NCBI GenBank assembly: GCA_026414685.1
Contig: JAOAIN010000069.1
Location: forward strand, 1-34,336
Reading direction: 5' to 3'
Source: Candidatus Goldiibacteriota bacterium
Lineage (GTDB): Bacteria; Oederibacteriota; PGYV01; DSYL01
DNA: 34,336 bases
Position 1 is the first letter of the stretch. The number at the start of each line of letters is the position of its first letter. Below the pieces are notes generated by a model. The model was not told where the DNA came from. It was given only the letters and a program-made list of their open reading frames with translations, and did no database searches. Of this stretch, positions 7,420 through 18,045 are shown piece after piece. A program made the position numbers and the translations under genes.

Positions 7420-9579
7420 ATGATGAATATTTATTATAAAATTTTTATTTTAGTATTTTTAAATGGTTTCACATCCATAATTACACAAATTGTATTATAT
7501 AAAGAAATATTATCCCAGATATATACGAATGAAATAGTGTTATGTTTTGCTTTATCTTCTTGGCTCATTGCAGGTGCTTTTGCCGGCATGATTATTTTTC
7601 CTAAATATTTATCCAACCGTAATGACAATTTTTTATTTATTGGACTAGGTTTGTTGCCCGTGGTAACAGTGATTATAAGTCTTTTTTCTTTACTTATCAT
7701 AAGAAATATTAAAACTTTTTTAAATATTCCTGTTGAACAACTGATGAATATATGGGATGCGATGATTGTAACTATTTTATTTTATGGCATTTCTGCTTTT
7801 TTTCTCACATTGATATTTTGTTTTGCTGGTGAGGTGCTGAAAAGATACGGCGGTGATAATCGGTTATTATATATTTTAGAAACAGCAGGAGCTGTTATTT
7901 CAGGTGTGTTATTTACGTTGTTTTTAAATGGCAAATATTCAAATCTAGAACTTTTATACTGGGTCGGTTTGATAACCATTATAGTTGTATATATTTTATA
8001 TAGAGAAAAAACTGATTATGCAAGAAAAACAAATATAACTCTTGTTTTTATTCTTATTGTTTATTTAATTCCATTGCTAACAGATTTTCTGAGAAAAATT
8101 GACAGTGAAAGTTTTAATAAACCATATTTTAAATATAATATTATTTCAAAAAAGGAAGGACTTGATTCAAAAGTTGTGATTACAAAAAAAGAGAATATTT
8201 ATTATATATTTTCAAATGGAACGATAAAATATCAATACAACAATCCTGATTTTGCTGAATTTTTAGGTTGGATTATGTTAACGTATGAAGGATATAAGAA
8301 TATTCTACTTGTAAATAATGTTTACACAGGTGGTGTTGAAGAGATACAAAAATATAAAGATGTGGAAAAAATTACCGCTATAGAAACAGATCAAGATTTA
8401 GCAGAACTTCTTGCTAATTTTTTCAGAAAGCCGGACTATGGTGAAAAGGTAAAATTTGTTCATGGTGATTTAATTTATTTTCTATATCAGATGAGAAATG
8501 ATGAAAAATATGATATTGTTATTATGAATTTGCCTGCCCCGAATACCTTATTAAACAACAGAAGTTATACTTATGAATTTTTTAAATTATTAAAAATATA
8601 TTTAAAGAATACAGGCCGTATAATTTTTTCAATGCCTGCATCTGAAAATTATTTCAGTAGAGAAATAATTTTATCAATAGCACCTGTCTATAATACACTA
8701 AAAGATGTTTTTTTAAATGTTGAAATTATACCTGGGGATAAAATAATTTTTCTGGCATCTGATGGAGAAATAAAAATCAATACGGTAGCAATGTTATCTA
8801 ATATGAAAAAAAATAATATAAAAATTGCACAATTGAATCCTGTTTATATAAAAGACAAACTGAATAAATCAATTAAAATGAAAAATTTATTAGATGAATT
8901 TAAAGTAAATTCAAATAAGATACTAAAACCAGAAGCTTACATGTATAATATAAAGAAAGATTTGTTTATGTTTTATAATAATTTAAATTTTATAAAAATA
9001 TTTATTATTATATTTATATTTATATTTGTTTTCTTTCAATTTTTTAATTTAAAGAAAAATAATACTTCCATATTTTCATATTTATCTATGTTTTTATTTT
9101 CAGTTGCAACAATAACTCTTGAGATGTGTCTTATTTTAGTTTATCAAAGTTTTTATGGTTATTTATATAGAACAATAGGTCTTCTGTATTCGTTTTTTAT
9201 GTTGGGTATATTAATAGGAGCAATAATATTTATGATTTTTAATGAAATGAATTTCAGATTAACAGTGATTTTTGCTGAAATCCTAAATCTTCTTATTCTT
9301 TTTTATATTATGAATTTCAAAAATATAGATCAACCTATAAATCCAAATATAATAATGTTTTTTATAATAGCGGCTGGATTTTTTGTTGGTGCAATTTTCA
9401 ATTTAATGTTAAAAAATAGCAATATTTCAATCTTATATGGCGCGGATCTTGCAGGTGGGGCTATTGGTGGAATTTTATTTGGATTGGTTGTTTTTCCTCT
9501 AGCTGGTTTTACTGGGACAATTATTTTTAATCTTTTACTTCTGACAATTGCATATATAGGAGATTTAAAAAATGTTTGA
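7420..9579 (+). CDS. Polytopic membrane protein with central spermidine-synthase-like (class I MTase fold) domain flanked by two TM bundles
   Basis: About 6 N-terminal and about 6 C-terminal hydrophobic helices. The central segment 'ILLVNNVYTGGVEEIQKYKDVEKITAIETDQDLAELLANFF..VKFVHGDLIYFL..YDIVIMNLPAP..YTYEFFKLLKIYLKNTGRIIF' aligns by eye to the SpeE pattern VLIIGGGDGG..VEKV..VEID..DG..F..YDVIIVDSSDP. Confidence 0.8.
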   Translation: MMNIYYKIFILVFLNGFTSIITQIVLYKEILSQIYTNEIVLCFALSSWLIAGAFAGMIIFPKYLSNRNDNFLFIGLGLLPVVTVIISLFSLLIIRNIKTFLNIPVEQLMNIWDAMIVTILFYGISAFFLTLIFCFAGEVLKRYGGDNRLLYILETAGAVISGVLFTLFLNGKYSNLELLYWVGLITIIVVYILYREKTDYARKTNITLVFILIVYLIPLLTDFLRKIDSESFNKPYFKYNIISKKEGLDSKVVITKKENIYYIFSNGTIKYQYNNPDFAEFLGWIMLTYEGYKNILLVNNVYTGGVEEIQKYKDVEKITAIETDQDLAELLANFFRKPDYGEKVKFVHGDLIYFLYQMRNDEKYDIVIMNLPAPNTLLNNRSYTYEFFKLLKIYLKNTGRIIFSMPASENYFSREIILSIAPVYNTLKDVFLNVEIIPGDKIIFLASDGEIKINTVAMLSNMKKNNIKIAQLNPVYIKDKLNKSIKMKNLLDEFKVNSNKILKPEAYMYNIKKDLFMFYNNLNFIKIFIIIFIFIFVFFQFFNLKKNNTSIFSYLSMFLFSVATITLEMCLILVYQSFYGYLYRTIGLLYSFFMLGILIGAIIFMIFNEMNFRLTVIFAEILNLLILFYIMNFKNIDQPINPNIIMFFIIAAGFFVGAIFNLMLKNSNISILYGADLAGGAIGGILFGLVVFPLAGFTGTIIFNLLLLTIAYIGDLKNV

Positions 9580-10327
9580 AATAGAAAAAAAATTTATTAA
9601 ATTGATAAAAATAATGAAAAGGTTACGTGAAAAAAATGGTTGTCCTTGGGATAGAAAGCAAACGCAGAAAAGCCTCCTTCCTTATCTTTTGGAAGAAGCT
9701 TATGAATTGATAGAAGCAATAAATAAAAAAGATGTGAAATTGATAATAGAAGAACTTGGTGATTTATTATTACAAGTTGTTTTTCATGCACAAATTTTAA
9801 AGGAAAAAACAGGTGCTGGAATAAAAGAGGTTCTTGAATGTTTAAATAATAAATTGATTCAACGTCATCCCCATGTTTTCTCAAACAAAAAAGGTTTATA
9901 TAAAGATTATCATGTAAGAGAATTTTGGGAAAAACATAAAAAAGAAATTAAAAAAAGAGAATCTATACTTGAAGGTGTTCCGGTTGCACTGCCTTCTTTG
10001 CTGCGAGCTCGTAGGTTGATATCAAAAGCTACAACTCTTGGATTTAGATGGAGTGATAACAGGGAAATCATAAAAAAAATAAGAGAAGAATTAAAAGAGG
10101 TAGTAAACGAGTTAAAACTAAGAAGGAAGAAAAAATTAGAAGAAGAAATAGGCGATTTATTATTTGTAATTACTGCTCTGGCATATTATAATAAAATAAA
10201 TGCTGAAAATGCTTTATATAAAGCCAATAACAAATTTATTAAAAGATTCAAAAAAATTGAAAAATTATTAAATAATGATTTAACCGAAAAAAAGATATTG
10301 CAATTATGGAATAAAACAAAAGGTTAA
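9572..10327 (+). CDS. mazG: Nucleoside triphosphate pyrophosphohydrolase MazG (tandem MazG domains)
   Basis: 'LREKNGCPWDRKQTQKSLLPYLLEEAYELIEAI', 'EELGDLLLQVVFHAQI' and 'LIQRHPHVF'. The second domain has 'EELKEVVNEL' and 'EEIGDLLFVITALA'. There is an 8-nt overlap with the upstream gene. SD TAGGAGA. Confidence 0.9.
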   Translation: MFEIEKKFIKLIKIMKRLREKNGCPWDRKQTQKSLLPYLLEEAYELIEAINKKDVKLIIEELGDLLLQVVFHAQILKEKTGAGIKEVLECLNNKLIQRHPHVFSNKKGLYKDYHVREFWEKHKKEIKKRESILEGVPVALPSLLRARRLISKATTLGFRWSDNREIIKKIREELKEVVNELKLRRKKKLEEEIGDLLFVITALAYYNKINAENALYKANNKFIKRFKKIEKLLNNDLTEKKILQLWNKTKG

Positions 10328-10357
10328 TTAATAAAAATTTTTAAAGGTGGTGGCAAG

Positions 10358-11428
10358 ATGGAAAAATTAATTGATGTGGAAACAGAAAGACAGTTAAAAC
10401 AAAAATTTATGCAAGAAATGAAAAAGCCAGTTGATGTAATATTGTTTACTAATCTTATAATTTTGCCAGGAAAGGAAGATACACAGGAAATAAATAATTT
10501 TGCAAGACAAATTCTCAAAGAATTATCAGCAATAGAACCCAGAATACTTATAAAAGAATTGCCATTAAGTGATAAAGTGGCCATTGACCTTGGCATTAAA
10601 ACATCACCGAGCATTGCAATTGGCTATGATTTTGGTTACAGAATTGTTTTTAATGGTGCACCACTTGGACATGAAGCAACATCTCTTATAGAATTAATAA
10701 CTTTAGTTTCAGCAGGAGAATCGCATCTGGATGATAATATTAAAATACTATTAAAAAATATATCAGATAATGTTCATTTACAGATTTTTACAACACCAAC
10801 ATGTCCTTATTGTCCGATAGCAGTTATACAGGCAGGACAACTTGCGATAGAATTAAAAGGTAAAATAAAAGCAGAATGTGTTGAATCTGCGGAAAATCAG
10901 GAATTAGCTGCAAAATATAATGTTTCATCGGTTCCTCATACTGTAATAAATGGCATTTCAGAGTCATCAATTATCGGGGTTGTTTCTGAGAAAAAATTCG
11001 TGGAACATATTTTAAAATTTGCTGGGAATGAAGAAATTAAAATAAAATTACAACAAGAGGAAAAAATAAAAAAAGAAAAAGAAAAATTAATTGATAATCC
11101 ACAGGAAGTTATTTATATAACAGAAAATAATTTTGAGGAAGCAATAAATAAATATGAAAATATAGTCATAGATTTTTGGGCTGAGTGGTGTGCACCATGT
11201 AAGATGTTATCTCCGATTATTGAACAATTAGCAAAAGAAAATTTTAGCAAAATTGTTTTTGGGAAATTGAATGTGGATGAAAATCCTAATATTGCGGCAG
11301 AATATGAAATAATGTCTATCCCTACTTTGTTAATTTTTAACAAGGGGAAAAAAGTTGGGCAATTAACAGGGGCACAATCAAAAAGTGAATTAGAAAAGCA
11401 AATAAAGGATATACTGGAGGTAGAGTAA
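10358..11428 (+). CDS. Fusion of a glutaredoxin-like protein disulfide oxidoreductase (PDO, two Trx folds, one CPYC site) with a C-terminal thioredoxin (WCAPC)
   Basis: The N-terminal ~225 aa resemble Pyrococcus/Thermotoga-type PDO: 'IFTTPTCPYCPIAV..LAAKYNVSSVPHTVING', and the first Trx-fold unit lacks CxxC. A K/E linker follows. The C-terminus is 'VIDFWAEWCAPCKMLSPIIEQLA..KLNVDENPNIAAEYEIMSIPTLLIFNKGKKV', a classic thioredoxin. SD AAAGGTGGTGG. Confidence 0.85.
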   Translation: MEKLIDVETERQLKQKFMQEMKKPVDVILFTNLIILPGKEDTQEINNFARQILKELSAIEPRILIKELPLSDKVAIDLGIKTSPSIAIGYDFGYRIVFNGAPLGHEATSLIELITLVSAGESHLDDNIKILLKNISDNVHLQIFTTPTCPYCPIAVIQAGQLAIELKGKIKAECVESAENQELAAKYNVSSVPHTVINGISESSIIGVVSEKKFVEHILKFAGNEEIKIKLQQEEKIKKEKEKLIDNPQEVIYITENNFEEAINKYENIVIDFWAEWCAPCKMLSPIIEQLAKENFSKIVFGKLNVDENPNIAAEYEIMSIPTLLIFNKGKKVGQLTGAQSKSELEKQIKDILEVE

Positions 11429-11430
11429 TA

Positions 11431-12420
11431 ATGCTGGATGAAAAAATAAAAATAAATATCATCGGAAGAAATCAAATAAAAAAAGAAGAAATATATGACA
11501 TAATCATAATAGGAGGTGGTCCAGCAGGTTTAACAGCTGGTATTTATGCGGCGAGAGCAGGAATGAAGACTCTTTTAATAGAAAAAATATCACTCGGGGG
11601 TCAAATATTTTTAACTATGGATATAGAGAATTATCCAGGCATAGAAAAAATATCAGGACCTGATTTAATAAATATTATGGAAAAACAAGCAAAAAATTTT
11701 GGAGTCCAGTTTATATTTGAAGAAGTGGTAAGAGTGGAAGAAAAGGATGGAAAAAAATTAATTCATACATCTTACGGAAATGTTTATAATTCGCTAGCTT
11801 TAATAATCGCAACAGGCGCTAAATATAAAGAATTGAATATTCCTGGAGAATCAAAATTTAAAGGAAGGGGAGTATCAAATTGCGCAACATGTGATGCTAC
11901 TTTTTATAAAAATCTTGATGTGGCAGTTGTTGGCGGTGGAGACACTGCAGTTGAAGAGTCAATATTTTTAACCAAATTTGTAAATAAAGTTTATTTAATA
12001 CACAGAAGAGACAGATTGCGTGCAGCAAAAATTATACAAGATAGAGCTTTCAGTAATAAAAAAATAGAATTTATTTTTGATTCAATAGTTGAAGAGATAA
12101 TAGGAGAGAATAATGTTACAGGTATAAAAATAAAAAATTTAAAAAGTGGAGAGAATAAAATAATACCTGTGAGTGGTGTTTTTATTTTTATTGGGCTTAT
12201 TCCAAATACGGATTTCATTAAGGATTATATTGAAATTGATGAGTTTGGATATATAAAAACGGATTTTGAAATGAAAACATCTAAGAATGGAGTTTTTGCA
12301 TGTGGTGATTGTATCAGAAAAAATTTAAGACAGGTAATTACAGCAGCTGGTGAAGGGGCAATCGCTGCTTATAATGCGTGGCATTATGTGGAAAAAATAA
12401 AAGGTACAGAATATATATAA
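11431..12420 (+). CDS. trxB: Thioredoxin-disulfide reductase
   Basis: 'IIIIGGGPAGLTAGIYAARAG' (FAD), redox-active 'CATCDA', 'VAVVGGGDTAVEES' plus 'HRRDRLRA' (NADPH), and 'GVFACGDC'. It starts 2 nt after the fusion gene stop, with SD GGAGGT. Confidence 0.92.
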   Translation: MLDEKIKINIIGRNQIKKEEIYDIIIIGGGPAGLTAGIYAARAGMKTLLIEKISLGGQIFLTMDIENYPGIEKISGPDLINIMEKQAKNFGVQFIFEEVVRVEEKDGKKLIHTSYGNVYNSLALIIATGAKYKELNIPGESKFKGRGVSNCATCDATFYKNLDVAVVGGGDTAVEESIFLTKFVNKVYLIHRRDRLRAAKIIQDRAFSNKKIEFIFDSIVEEIIGENNVTGIKIKNLKSGENKIIPVSGVFIFIGLIPNTDFIKDYIEIDEFGYIKTDFEMKTSKNGVFACGDCIRKNLRQVITAAGEGAIAAYNAWHYVEKIKGTEYI

Positions 12421-12422
12421 GA

Positions 12423-14771
12423 TCATTGAAAAATAAAAAACTTTTTGGAAAATAATGTATTTGAATCAGTAAAATGTGTTTTTTCAAATTTAAAAAATAT
12501 ATATATTATAATTTGTCCGAATAAGATAAAAACAATGAAATAAAAAAGAAATATATAAAATTTTAAATTTTTAGGATAATAAGAAAAGATAACATTATGA
12601 TATCCTTTTGGAAGTTTAACACACATGAATAAGTCAAAAGCTTTTTCAATTTTTGCCTGTTTGTTGTCAATATAAACGTTCCAACCGTCAAAATAATTAT
12701 TTGAAAATATAAAATATCCATCTTCACCTGAATTTACAGTTATATTATAAATATTATAATCGCTCTCTGCTTTTCTTGCCCAAGAAATTTGGGAAACCAT
12801 TTGTTCAATTTTATTATTTTGTTTTGATATGTAAAATAAAGGTAATGCATTTGTATTTTTGTAAATTTTTCTACCTTCCAGTTCATTAATTAATATTAAA
12901 TTTTTCATATTGATATTTTCACAAGTGATTAAATATTTAACATTTAATAAATTAAGTTTTTCAGGATTATTTATGGTATCGCCTGAAAAAATATCTGATA
13001 TGAAATCTTCATATTTTTTTAAAATTAATGGATTATATCCACCTGCATCATATAAATTATAAAGAATTCCTGTTTCAGGTGGAATGTGTGATAAAAAGTT
13101 TAATTGTGCATCATAAAGTGTTTTTCCAGAATATATTCTATTTCTAAATGATTTTTCAGTATGCATGAATTTATAACTTATTGATTTGATGCTATTGATT
13201 GCAGAATTATTAAAATTTTTATAGTTAAATATAGAAGAATTTATAGTTGGATTCAATGGTGATACAATTGTGAATAATTCTGAAAAAATTAAGAAACCTA
13301 TTATAAACAAATAAAATTTTTTTGAAATTTTATTTTTTTCAAAAAAGAAAAAAAGAAGTATATTGAGAGCAAAAAGAGCAATAAATATTAAGAAATTATG
13401 AATAAAATCATAAATTTTATCTTGAGTTAAATTATATATATTGAGAATTGTATTGAAATTAAGAATCATTAAAAGTAATATAATTATAAAAAAAATTAGA
13501 ATCCAGAAAGTTTTTTTTGAAAAACGTGTATCAAAAAAGTTTCTTAATTTTGAAAGTGGAGATTGATTTTCAAATAATGATAGCTGAACAGGGGTCAATA
13601 ACCGTATGTTGTCAATTGTATAGGCAGTGATGAAGGCCAGGGGTAATATGATGAGTTGTATTGCAAAGCCTGGATGTCTTAATGATTTGAAAAATGGAAT
13701 AAATGCATAAAACCATGAATGCACAGGAGTATTTTTGCCCAAAGATAAAAACAATGCAATAACAATTATAAAGATGTTAAATTTATAAAATTCATTTTTA
13801 GGATAAAATATTGAAAGTGAGAGTAAAAATATTAATGTGATTGAAAAGAAGTTCATGATTCCCATTGAGAAATCATGCCAGTCAATAAGTGGATTAATTT
13901 TTGTTCCAAAAATTTTTCCAAGAAGAACAAAACTTAATAAATCAGAAAAAGAAACAGAATCTGCAGCGATCTCATTATATTTCATATTAAATCTTGAAGT
14001 GTTTTTAACAAAATCAAAAAATAATCCAGATTGTGGCATGGTTAAAAATAAAAAAAAGAGTGTAAAAACGAACAGAAAAATTGTAGATTTTAAAAGAGTT
14101 TTTACATTAAAAATATTTGTTTTGGATGTTTTTAAATAATAAATTAAATAAAAGAATAAAAATAATAAATTATAAAAAAATACAGGAGGGTGTCCTGCAA
14201 GAAAACTTAAAGAGAATAAGATGCTGAAGAAAATTAGTCTTATATAATTTTTTATTAATAAAAATTTTTTAAATTCCATAAGTATAAGCGGAAATAATGA
14301 ATAAGATGCTATTGCACCTATGAAATTTATTCTTGTTACTGTGAATGAATTAAAAAGTATAATAAAACATCCTATAACAGATGATATAGACCGAAAACCG
14401 AAAGATTTTAAAAGATAATATGAAGATATGCCCAATATAAAAAAATGAATAAGAATATAGATTTTAAAAGCGATAGGAAAATTAAATATGTAAAATATTA
14501 TTCCAGGGGGATAAAATGCTGCTTTTTGAATATCTGCAATAAAAGGAGAGCCGGAATAATTAAAGGGGGACCAAAAAGGGACTGATTTATTTTCTATTGA
14601 ATTTTTTAGAAAAGTTTTCCATGGAAAAAATTGTGTATATATATCGCCGATAAAATAAACTTCATCAGTGAATATTATTTTATTGAAAAAGATTATTATT
14701 GCAATTGTAATAACTATTATTGAATAAATATCTTTTTTGTTTTTTATATTAAATATAAAATTTAAGTTCAA
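12423..14771 (-). CDS. YfhO-family polytopic membrane protein (GT-C-type glycosyltransferase-like)
   Basis: 782 aa with more than 12 hydrophobic helices and a soluble C-terminal domain. The N-terminal region 'IYTQFFPWKTFLKNSIENKSVPFWSPFNYSGSPFIADIQKAAFYPP' matches the characteristic YfhO opening. Confidence 0.75.
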   Translation of the reverse strand: MNLNFIFNIKNKKDIYSIIVITIAIIIFFNKIIFTDEVYFIGDIYTQFFPWKTFLKNSIENKSVPFWSPFNYSGSPFIADIQKAAFYPPGIIFYIFNFPIAFKIYILIHFFILGISSYYLLKSFGFRSISSVIGCFIILFNSFTVTRINFIGAIASYSLFPLILMEFKKFLLIKNYIRLIFFSILFSLSFLAGHPPVFFYNLLFLFFYLIYYLKTSKTNIFNVKTLLKSTIFLFVFTLFFLFLTMPQSGLFFDFVKNTSRFNMKYNEIAADSVSFSDLLSFVLLGKIFGTKINPLIDWHDFSMGIMNFFSITLIFLLSLSIFYPKNEFYKFNIFIIVIALFLSLGKNTPVHSWFYAFIPFFKSLRHPGFAIQLIILPLAFITAYTIDNIRLLTPVQLSLFENQSPLSKLRNFFDTRFSKKTFWILIFFIIILLLMILNFNTILNIYNLTQDKIYDFIHNFLIFIALFALNILLFFFFEKNKISKKFYLFIIGFLIFSELFTIVSPLNPTINSSIFNYKNFNNSAINSIKSISYKFMHTEKSFRNRIYSGKTLYDAQLNFLSHIPPETGILYNLYDAGGYNPLILKKYEDFISDIFSGDTINNPEKLNLLNVKYLITCENINMKNLILINELEGRKIYKNTNALPLFYISKQNNKIEQMVSQISWARKAESDYNIYNITVNSGEDGYFIFSNNYFDGWNVYIDNKQAKIEKAFDLFMCVKLPKGYHNVIFSYYPKNLKFYIFLFYFIVFILFGQIIIYIFFKFEKTHFTDSNTLFSKKFFIFQ

Positions 14772-14802
14772 TTTTAATTTTCCTTTTTATTTAATTTTAT
14801 AA

Positions 14803-17800
14803 TTATTTTTTTATATTTTGATGTCTTGATAATTCATAATATTTTTTATAGTAATATGCAGCCAGCTTAGAATTTCCTATATTTTTTAAAATAGTTGCTT
14901 TATTAAGATATAACATTTCAATTTTAAAATCAAGTAATGATTTTTCATATTCTGTTTTAGGTTCATATTTTTGCAGAATATCTTCTATTTCATTGTATTG
15001 ATTTAATGCGGCGATTTTATTATCCTCCTGTAATAGGATTGATGCAAGAAGGTTTTTAGAAGATACAAAATTTGGTTCATATTCTATTGACTTGATTATG
15101 TATTTTTTTGCTTCGGTTAAATTTTTTAATTTTGTAAAATATAGATTTGCAAGTTCATAATAGGCAAATACATTATAAGGATTATGAATAATTGATTTTT
15201 CAAAAAATTTTATTGCAGAAGAAATATCTTCAAGATATGTATATATACGTCCTAAATGATAAAAGTAAATATAATTTTTTCTATCAAGATTACAAGCCAG
15301 ATTATAATTTTTAATTGATTCTTTATATTTTTGTATTTTTTCAAAAAAGAGTCCTTTTTCAAAAAAATATTTGCCATTTAATGGTTCCAATGTTATCGCA
15401 TGTTTTAAATATTCAGGATTTCCTGATTTTTTATAACTATTGAATAAAAATTCTCCTATAGCAGGTCTGATAAAAAAACTGAAAATAATAAATGCAAAAA
15501 TAAGTGGAACAAAAAAGAATATTTTTACAAAGAATAGCGCCTCTCTTGGTATTGTGAGGATTGAATATTTCTCTTTTGCGAGAAATGCTGTTAAAATTGC
15601 AAATGTTATGAGTAATCCGTAATGATGCATGGAATTATAAAACAAACAGCTTATAAATATAATAATAATTGAAAAATATGCACCAGTGGAGGAAGACCAG
15701 ACCTTTCTATGGCCGCCTGTTTCAGGTATTTTTGTTATGATTAAATATATAATTAATAAAAATATTATAATACCTGGAATGCCAAGAGACGCACCTATCT
15801 GTAAAAATTCGCTACCCGAAAGATTGTATAAATTTTGATATTGTGCAATACCTTTTGCTGGAAAATTATATGCTGGAAATATGCTTGAAAAACTTCCGAG
15901 ACCATGTCCTGTGAGAGGTTTATCATATATCATTCTGATTGATGAAAAAAACAATTTGAATTTTTCTGAAAATGTTATTTTTTCTTTATTTAATGAAAAG
16001 TCAACATTCAATCCAGAAAATAATATAACTATTATTATTAAAATTGAAATCATTATAAGTTTCAGAAATTTTGATTTAAAAAATTCTCTTTGAATTGTAT
16101 CTTTTACGTTTAATTTATTTGTTTTATAATAAATCCATATAATAATAAAAGATAACAATTGTAAAAATATTATTATTTTTGAGGTAATTATAAGTTGTGC
16201 ACATAATAATAGTATTAAACCTGAAATTTTCAAATTTTGATAATCCACTTTTTTTTCAAGCAGTATTCTGCATAAAAGAAGATTAAAAGGAATTATTAGA
16301 TATAAAGATATAATGTCATAATTATATTTTATATTGTTAATTATTGATAATTGAATTTTGTTTAATTGAAGAATTGATATAGCAATAATTGCAAAAGATA
16401 GAATTATACCTATGATTATTAAATAATTTGAAATTATGATTTTATATACATACCGTCTTAAAAACTGAGAATAAAGATAAAAAACAGTTACTGTGGTTAA
16501 TAACATAGAAATAGCTATAAGAGATTGATAAATATTGGGTGAATAAAAAATAGAAATAATACTTAACAAAATTAAAATTATAATAGGAATATCCAGTTCG
16601 GTGCGTCTTATTTCTTCTTTGCTAACGCTCAAGATTGAGAATCCAACTGCTATTAAAACATTTATTATGGTAATTATGTATATATTATTGGAAATGTTTA
16701 TCGCGGATAATCCTAATATTAAAAGAATGATGGCAAAAATTAATGAGCGTCTTTTTCCTGGATTCAGCCCAAGATAATAAACGAGTTTTATTTTTTTTAT
16801 TTCTAATGTACCTATTATGAGATTACTGTTTAATGCAGCGATGATTAAAACAAAAACCATTGCAAGTTCAAAATTATAGATATCAAAATCAACAAGATTG
16901 TGTATTAAAAAGGCAGTCGCTGAGACTAAAAGAGAAATAATAAATATTTTGGATTGCGGAGTTTTTAAAAAAAAGAAATTTTGTAAAATTACTTTATACT
17001 GTGAAAATACAATCAGGAATAATATTAAAAGTCCAGGCACCCCCAATTCAATGAGATTTTGCATTATTATGTTATGTGCATACTTCAAATATCCTGAAGA
17101 ACTGTTATCAGATGTATTATATGTTTCTTCAAAATTTCCAGGTCCAACACCAAATATGATGTTATCAGATGAAATATATAACATTTTAATTATGGAAGAA
17201 TATTTGCTAGATAAATTTGAAATAAAATCATTTAATCCTCTATATTTAATAATCACTATAAAAATTAAAGTGATTATAAGAAAAAAATATAATAAAAAAA
17301 TTTTAAAGTTTTTGATTGACTTATCGGAAAAAAGAAAAAAAATTATCATGATTGATAATAGCAAAGAGATAAAAGCGCCTATTGATTTTGTAAATGATAA
17401 AGTTATTATATATAATATTAAAAGAGGGGTTAAAATTATGCGATATTTTTTTTCATTTTTTAAAAAACCAATAGTAATAGGTATTATCATTATTAAAAAA
17501 CCTGCAAATGTGTTAGGATAAATAAATGTAGAGAAAATTCTATTACTTTTTAATCTATTGATTATATCCATTGACCAATCAAGTTGGGGATTATTTTGTA
17601 AATAATTTAAAGTTTGATTGAAACCAAAAAAGTATTGATAAAGACCATAAATTGATAAAATTGCTGCAATTATAAATAAAAACCAAAAAAAATTTTTATA
17701 ATATATTTTTGCATAATTGTGAATTATATAATAAAAGGCAAGTAATACAGAAAAAACAACAGTTGAATTGAGGGAATTAAATTTATTTGTGGCAAATATT

Positions 17801-18045
17801 GTTGATACAATATACCAACAGAAAAGAAGAAAAAGCAAATTATCTATGGGTGTTTCGGTTGAGATTGTCTCTTTTGAAAATTTATATCTTACAATGAATA
17901 AAAATATTGCAATGGAAATTAAATAAACATAAATTATCCCTGCGTAGATGGTTCTATATGGGGGATATAATAAAGCGGATGTTAAAGTGACGAAGAGTAA
18001 AAATATAATAGAAATATCAAAATAATGAAAAAACTTCTCCTTCAT
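14803..18045 (-). CDS. Giant membrane protein: two tandem O-antigen-ligase/polymerase-like (Wzy_C) TM modules + C-terminal TPR domain
   Basis: Module 1 has '[34 protein letters not shown]' (about nt 17011-17157), the Wzy_C signature GxGxGxF...HN..L...E.G..G. Module 2 has '[35 protein letters not shown]' (about nt 15751-15924), with the HN replaced. C-terminal TPRs include '[45 protein letters not shown]' (about nt 14818-15423). Confidence 0.8.
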   Translation of the reverse strand: MKEKFFHYFDISIIFLLFVTLTSALLYPPYRTIYAGIIYVYLISIAIFLFIVRYKFSKETISTETPIDNLLFLLFCWYIVSTIFATNKFNSLNSTVVFSVLLAFYYIIHNYAKIYYKNFFWFLFIIAAILSIYGLYQYFFGFNQTLNYLQNNPQLDWSMDIINRLKSNRIFSTFIYPNTFAGFLIMIIPITIGFLKNEKKYRIILTPLLILYIITLSFTKSIGAFISLLLSIMIIFFLFSDKSIKNFKIFLLYFFLIITLIFIVIIKYRGLNDFISNLSSKYSSIIKMLYISSDNIIFGVGPGNFEETYNTSDNSSSGYLKYAHNIIMQNLIELGVPGLLILFLIVFSQYKVILQNFFFLKTPQSKIFIISLLVSATAFLIHNLVDFDIYNFELAMVFVLIIAALNSNLIIGTLEIKKIKLVYYLGLNPGKRRSLIFAIILLILGLSAINISNNIYIITIINVLIAVGFSILSVSKEEIRRTELDIPIIILILLSIISIFYSPNIYQSLIAISMLLTTVTVFYLYSQFLRRYVYKIIISNYLIIIGIILSFAIIAISILQLNKIQLSIINNIKYNYDIISLYLIIPFNLLLCRILLEKKVDYQNLKISGLILLLCAQLIITSKIIIFLQLLSFIIIWIYYKTNKLNVKDTIQREFFKSKFLKLIMISILIIIVILFSGLNVDFSLNKEKITFSEKFKLFFSSIRMIYDKPLTGHGLGSFSSIFPAYNFPAKGIAQYQNLYNLSGSEFLQIGASLGIPGIIIFLLIIYLIITKIPETGGHRKVWSSSTGAYFSIIIIFISCLFYNSMHHYGLLITFAILTAFLAKEKYSILTIPREALFFVKIFFFVPLIFAFIIFSFFIRPAIGEFLFNSYKKSGNPEYLKHAITLEPLNGKYFFEKGLFFEKIQKYKESIKNYNLACNLDRKNYIYFYHLGRIYTYLEDISSAIKFFEKSIIHNPYNVFAYYELANLYFTKLKNLTEAKKYIIKSIEYEPNFVSSKNLLASILLQEDNKIAALNQYNEIEDILQKYEPKTEYEKSLLDFKIEMLYLNKATILKNIGNSKLAAYYYKKYYELSRHQNIKK

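Noticed and set aside
16898-17521. 207-aa plus-strand ORF with protein-like K/E/I/N composition inside the ligase-like gene
   Set aside because: It is the mirror of a Phe/Ile/Leu-rich TM gene. The 1080-aa minus-strand frame is continuous, has Wzy_C and TPR motifs, and is translationally coupled to aroQ.
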